In this document: piece after piece, positions 62,291-64,000 of the stretch | How the letters are laid out: each line of letters begins with the position of its first letter | Position numbering within the stretch: position 1 is the stretch's first letter | NCBI GenBank assembly: GCA_963755715.1 | Contig: CAVWLW010000069.1 | Coordinates: 64,001 to 128,000, forward strand | Source of the DNA: an uncultured delta proteobacterium | GTDB lineage: Bacteria; Desulfobacterota; Binatia; UBA9968 | Direction of reading: 5' to 3' | DNA: 64,000 nt | Program-made: the position numbers and the translations under genes | Notes under the pieces: model-generated | Seen by the model: the letters and a program-made list of their open reading frames with translations, nothing else | Database searches by the model: none | What the model was told of the DNA's origin: nothing

Positions 62291-64000
62291 TCACATGAAG
62301 TAGTCGAAGTCCTGCTCGCGCCGCACGCGCCGGCGCAGCCGCAAGATGTGGGCCGGCGCCATATTCGGATCGAGCGCGACGTAATTTTTTTCGCCATGCC
62401 AAAGAAAGCGCGCGCCGCTCAAAAGATCGTGCGCCTGATACGAGGCATCGAGCCGCAGCGCTTCCACCGGGATTTTGACCCACCCCGACTGCACATGGTG
62501 CGGATCCAGATTCACCACGACGGCGACCACGTTGCCGAGATCCTCCGTCTGCTTTGTGTAGCAGATGATCTGCTCGTTATCGACCTCGTGGAACTGTAGG
62601 CTCCAATCGCTCTGCAGCGCGGGATTCTCCCTGCGAATCCCGTTGATCCGCGCGATAAATTCTTTCAGACTGTCCGCACTTTCCCGGTCCCAATGTTTAA
62701 TCTCATATTTTTCCGAATTGAAATACTCTTCGCTGCCGGGCTCGCGTGGCCGGGCTTCGAGCAGCTCGAACGCCGGTCCGTAAATCCCGTAGCTGGCTCC
62801 CAGTGTCGCCGCCAGAACCAGGCGGATCATGAAGGCTGGGCGGCCGCCGAATTGCAAATACTCGGTCAAAATATCCGGCGTGTTCGGCCACAGGTTGGGG
62901 CGAAAGTACTCGCGCACTTCGGTTTGCGTGAGCTCCTGAAAATACTGCGTGATCTCGGGCTTGGTGTTGCGCCAGGCAAAGTAGCTATAGGATTGGCTGA
63001 AGCCGAGCTTGGCCAGCCGGTACATCACCTTGGGACGGGTGAACGCTTCGGCAAGGAAGATCACCTCCGGGTGATCTCTTTTCATTTCGCCGATCAGCCA
63101 CTCCCAAAACGGCAGCGGCTTGGTGTGCGGGTTATCGACCCGAAAAATGCGGATTCCCTGTTCGTGCCAAAATTCAACGACACTTTTTAGTTCCTGCCAG
63201 AGCTCACGCCATTGATCCGAGGTGAAATCCAGGGGGTAGATATCTTGATATTTTTTCGGCGGGTTTTCGGCGTACTGAACGGTACCATCCGGACGCCAGC
63301 GAAACCACTGTGGATGTTCTTTGACATAGGGATGATCGGGGCTGCACTGATAGGCCAGATCCAAAGCGACTTCGAGGCCAAGAGTCTCGGCTTTTCGGAC
63401 GAATCTTTTGAAATCTTCGAGAGTCCCGAGACGCGGATGAACGGACTTGTGGCCACCCTCGTCAGAACCGATCGCCCAGGGGCTGCCCGGGTCATTTGCC
63501 GTGGCCGTCACCGAATTGTTTTTCCCCTTGCGGTGGGTGTACCCGATCGGATGAATCGGCGGCAGATACAGAATGTCAAAGCCCATCGAGGCGACATAGG
63601 AAAGCAGCCGTTCGCCGTCCTTAAAGGTCCCGTGCGCGCCGGACTCGGCCGCGCACGACCGCGGAAACATCTCATACCAAGCGCCGCAGCGCGCTTTCTC
63701 GCGGTCGACCACCACGGCGAGTTCCTTGGAATATCGGGTTTCGGCGTTTCGATCGGGATAGCGTCCGACCAATCCCAGCAAATCATCGCTGATCGCCGTG
63801 GCGAGCTTGTCTGATAAAGTTTGGTCGTTGGCGCGCAGGCTTTTTGCCTCCTGCGCGAGTTTTTTTTGATCGGCGGCGGCAGCTCGCTTTGCCGCTTCTT
63901 CGATCCACAGAGCACCGGTCAGAAAGTCCAATTCCGTGTGCGCGCCGACCTCGGCTTTCTTCTGCAAATCGCGTCGCCAGGACTTAAACTGATCGACCCA
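62291..64000 (-). CDS. glgE: Alpha-1,4-glucan:maltose-1-phosphate maltosyltransferase (5'-truncated by window edge)
   Basis: WYEMFPRS, YLPPIHPIG, RKGKNN, ENPPKKYQDI, FRVDNPHTKP, AEAFTRP, NTPDIL, NSEKYE; frame open to 64000. Confidence 0.95.
   Translation of the reverse strand, partial: WVDQFKSWRRDLQKKAEVGAHTELDFLTGALWIEEAAKRAAAADQKKLAQEAKSLRANDQTLSDKLATAISDDLLGLVGRYPDRNAETRYSKELAVVVDREKARCGAWYEMFPRSCAAESGAHGTFKDGERLLSYVASMGFDILYLPPIHPIGYTHRKGKNNSVTATANDPGSPWAIGSDEGGHKSVHPRLGTLEDFKRFVRKAETLGLEVALDLAYQCSPDHPYVKEHPQWFRWRPDGTVQYAENPPKKYQDIYPLDFTSDQWRELWQELKSVVEFWHEQGIRIFRVDNPHTKPLPFWEWLIGEMKRDHPEVIFLAEAFTRPKVMYRLAKLGFSQSYSYFAWRNTKPEITQYFQELTQTEVREYFRPNLWPNTPDILTEYLQFGGRPAFMIRLVLAATLGASYGIYGPAFELLEARPREPGSEEYFNSEKYEIKHWDRESADSLKEFIARINGIRRENPALQSDWSLQFHEVDNEQIICYTKQTEDLGNVVAVVVNLDPHHVQSGWVKIPVEALRLDASYQAHDLLSGARFLWHGEKNYVALDPNMAPAHILRLRRRVRREQDFDYFM

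Noticed and set aside
1190-63915. Many long antisense or alternate-frame ORFs (e.g. 22645-23859 +, 38970-40328 +, 50128-51102 -, 45652-46440 -, 31753-32556 +)
   Set aside because: They shadow well-supported genes on the other strand, lack motifs, and are expected in GC-rich DNA.
1-64000. CRISPR array, tRNA (including tRNA-Sec), rRNA, prophage or integron
   Set aside because: No regularly spaced repeats, cloverleaf, rRNA-like tract, or cas/integrase/phage genes recognised by eye; a covariance-model scan would be needed to exclude small RNAs.

Overview
A gene-dense, GC-rich bacterial chromosomal segment. The abundance of TctC/NMT1-type solute-binding proteins, an amidohydrolase, SDRs and hydantoinase-family genes resembles Ca. 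Binatia / deltaproteobacterial genomes (inference). I saw no rRNA, tRNA, CRISPR array, integrase or transposase. Main contents: (1) a selenoprotein gene missed by the ORF track, grdA (1238-1693, in-frame UGA in C-F-V-U followed by a long hairpin), directly downstream of grdC with no other grd genes nearby; (2) catabolic/transport genes, including a hydantoinase A/B pair with a hidden acetone-carboxylase-gamma-like third subunit, and a divergent tryptophanase/TPL-like lyase coupled to an acyl-CoA ligase and an SDR; (3) hisI-hisG, a stand-alone carboxyltransferase operon with an unusual ferredoxin, and an orphan eutA-like gene; (4) a 12.8-kb MoxR/DUF58/BatA-VWA/DUF4159/DUF4175/TPR-peptidase envelope cluster of unknown function; (5) a CdaA-YbbR diadenylate cyclase fusion next to treS-mak and glgE. 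About a dozen reading-frame breaks occur, almost all single extra bases, which most likely reflect sequencing/consensus error rather than biology. Intergenic regions carry REP-like palindromes and inverted 7-9-nt microrepeat arrays, and a degenerate ~98-bp copy of an isomerase gene segment lies on the far side of asmA. All family assignments come from motif recognition, not database searches.
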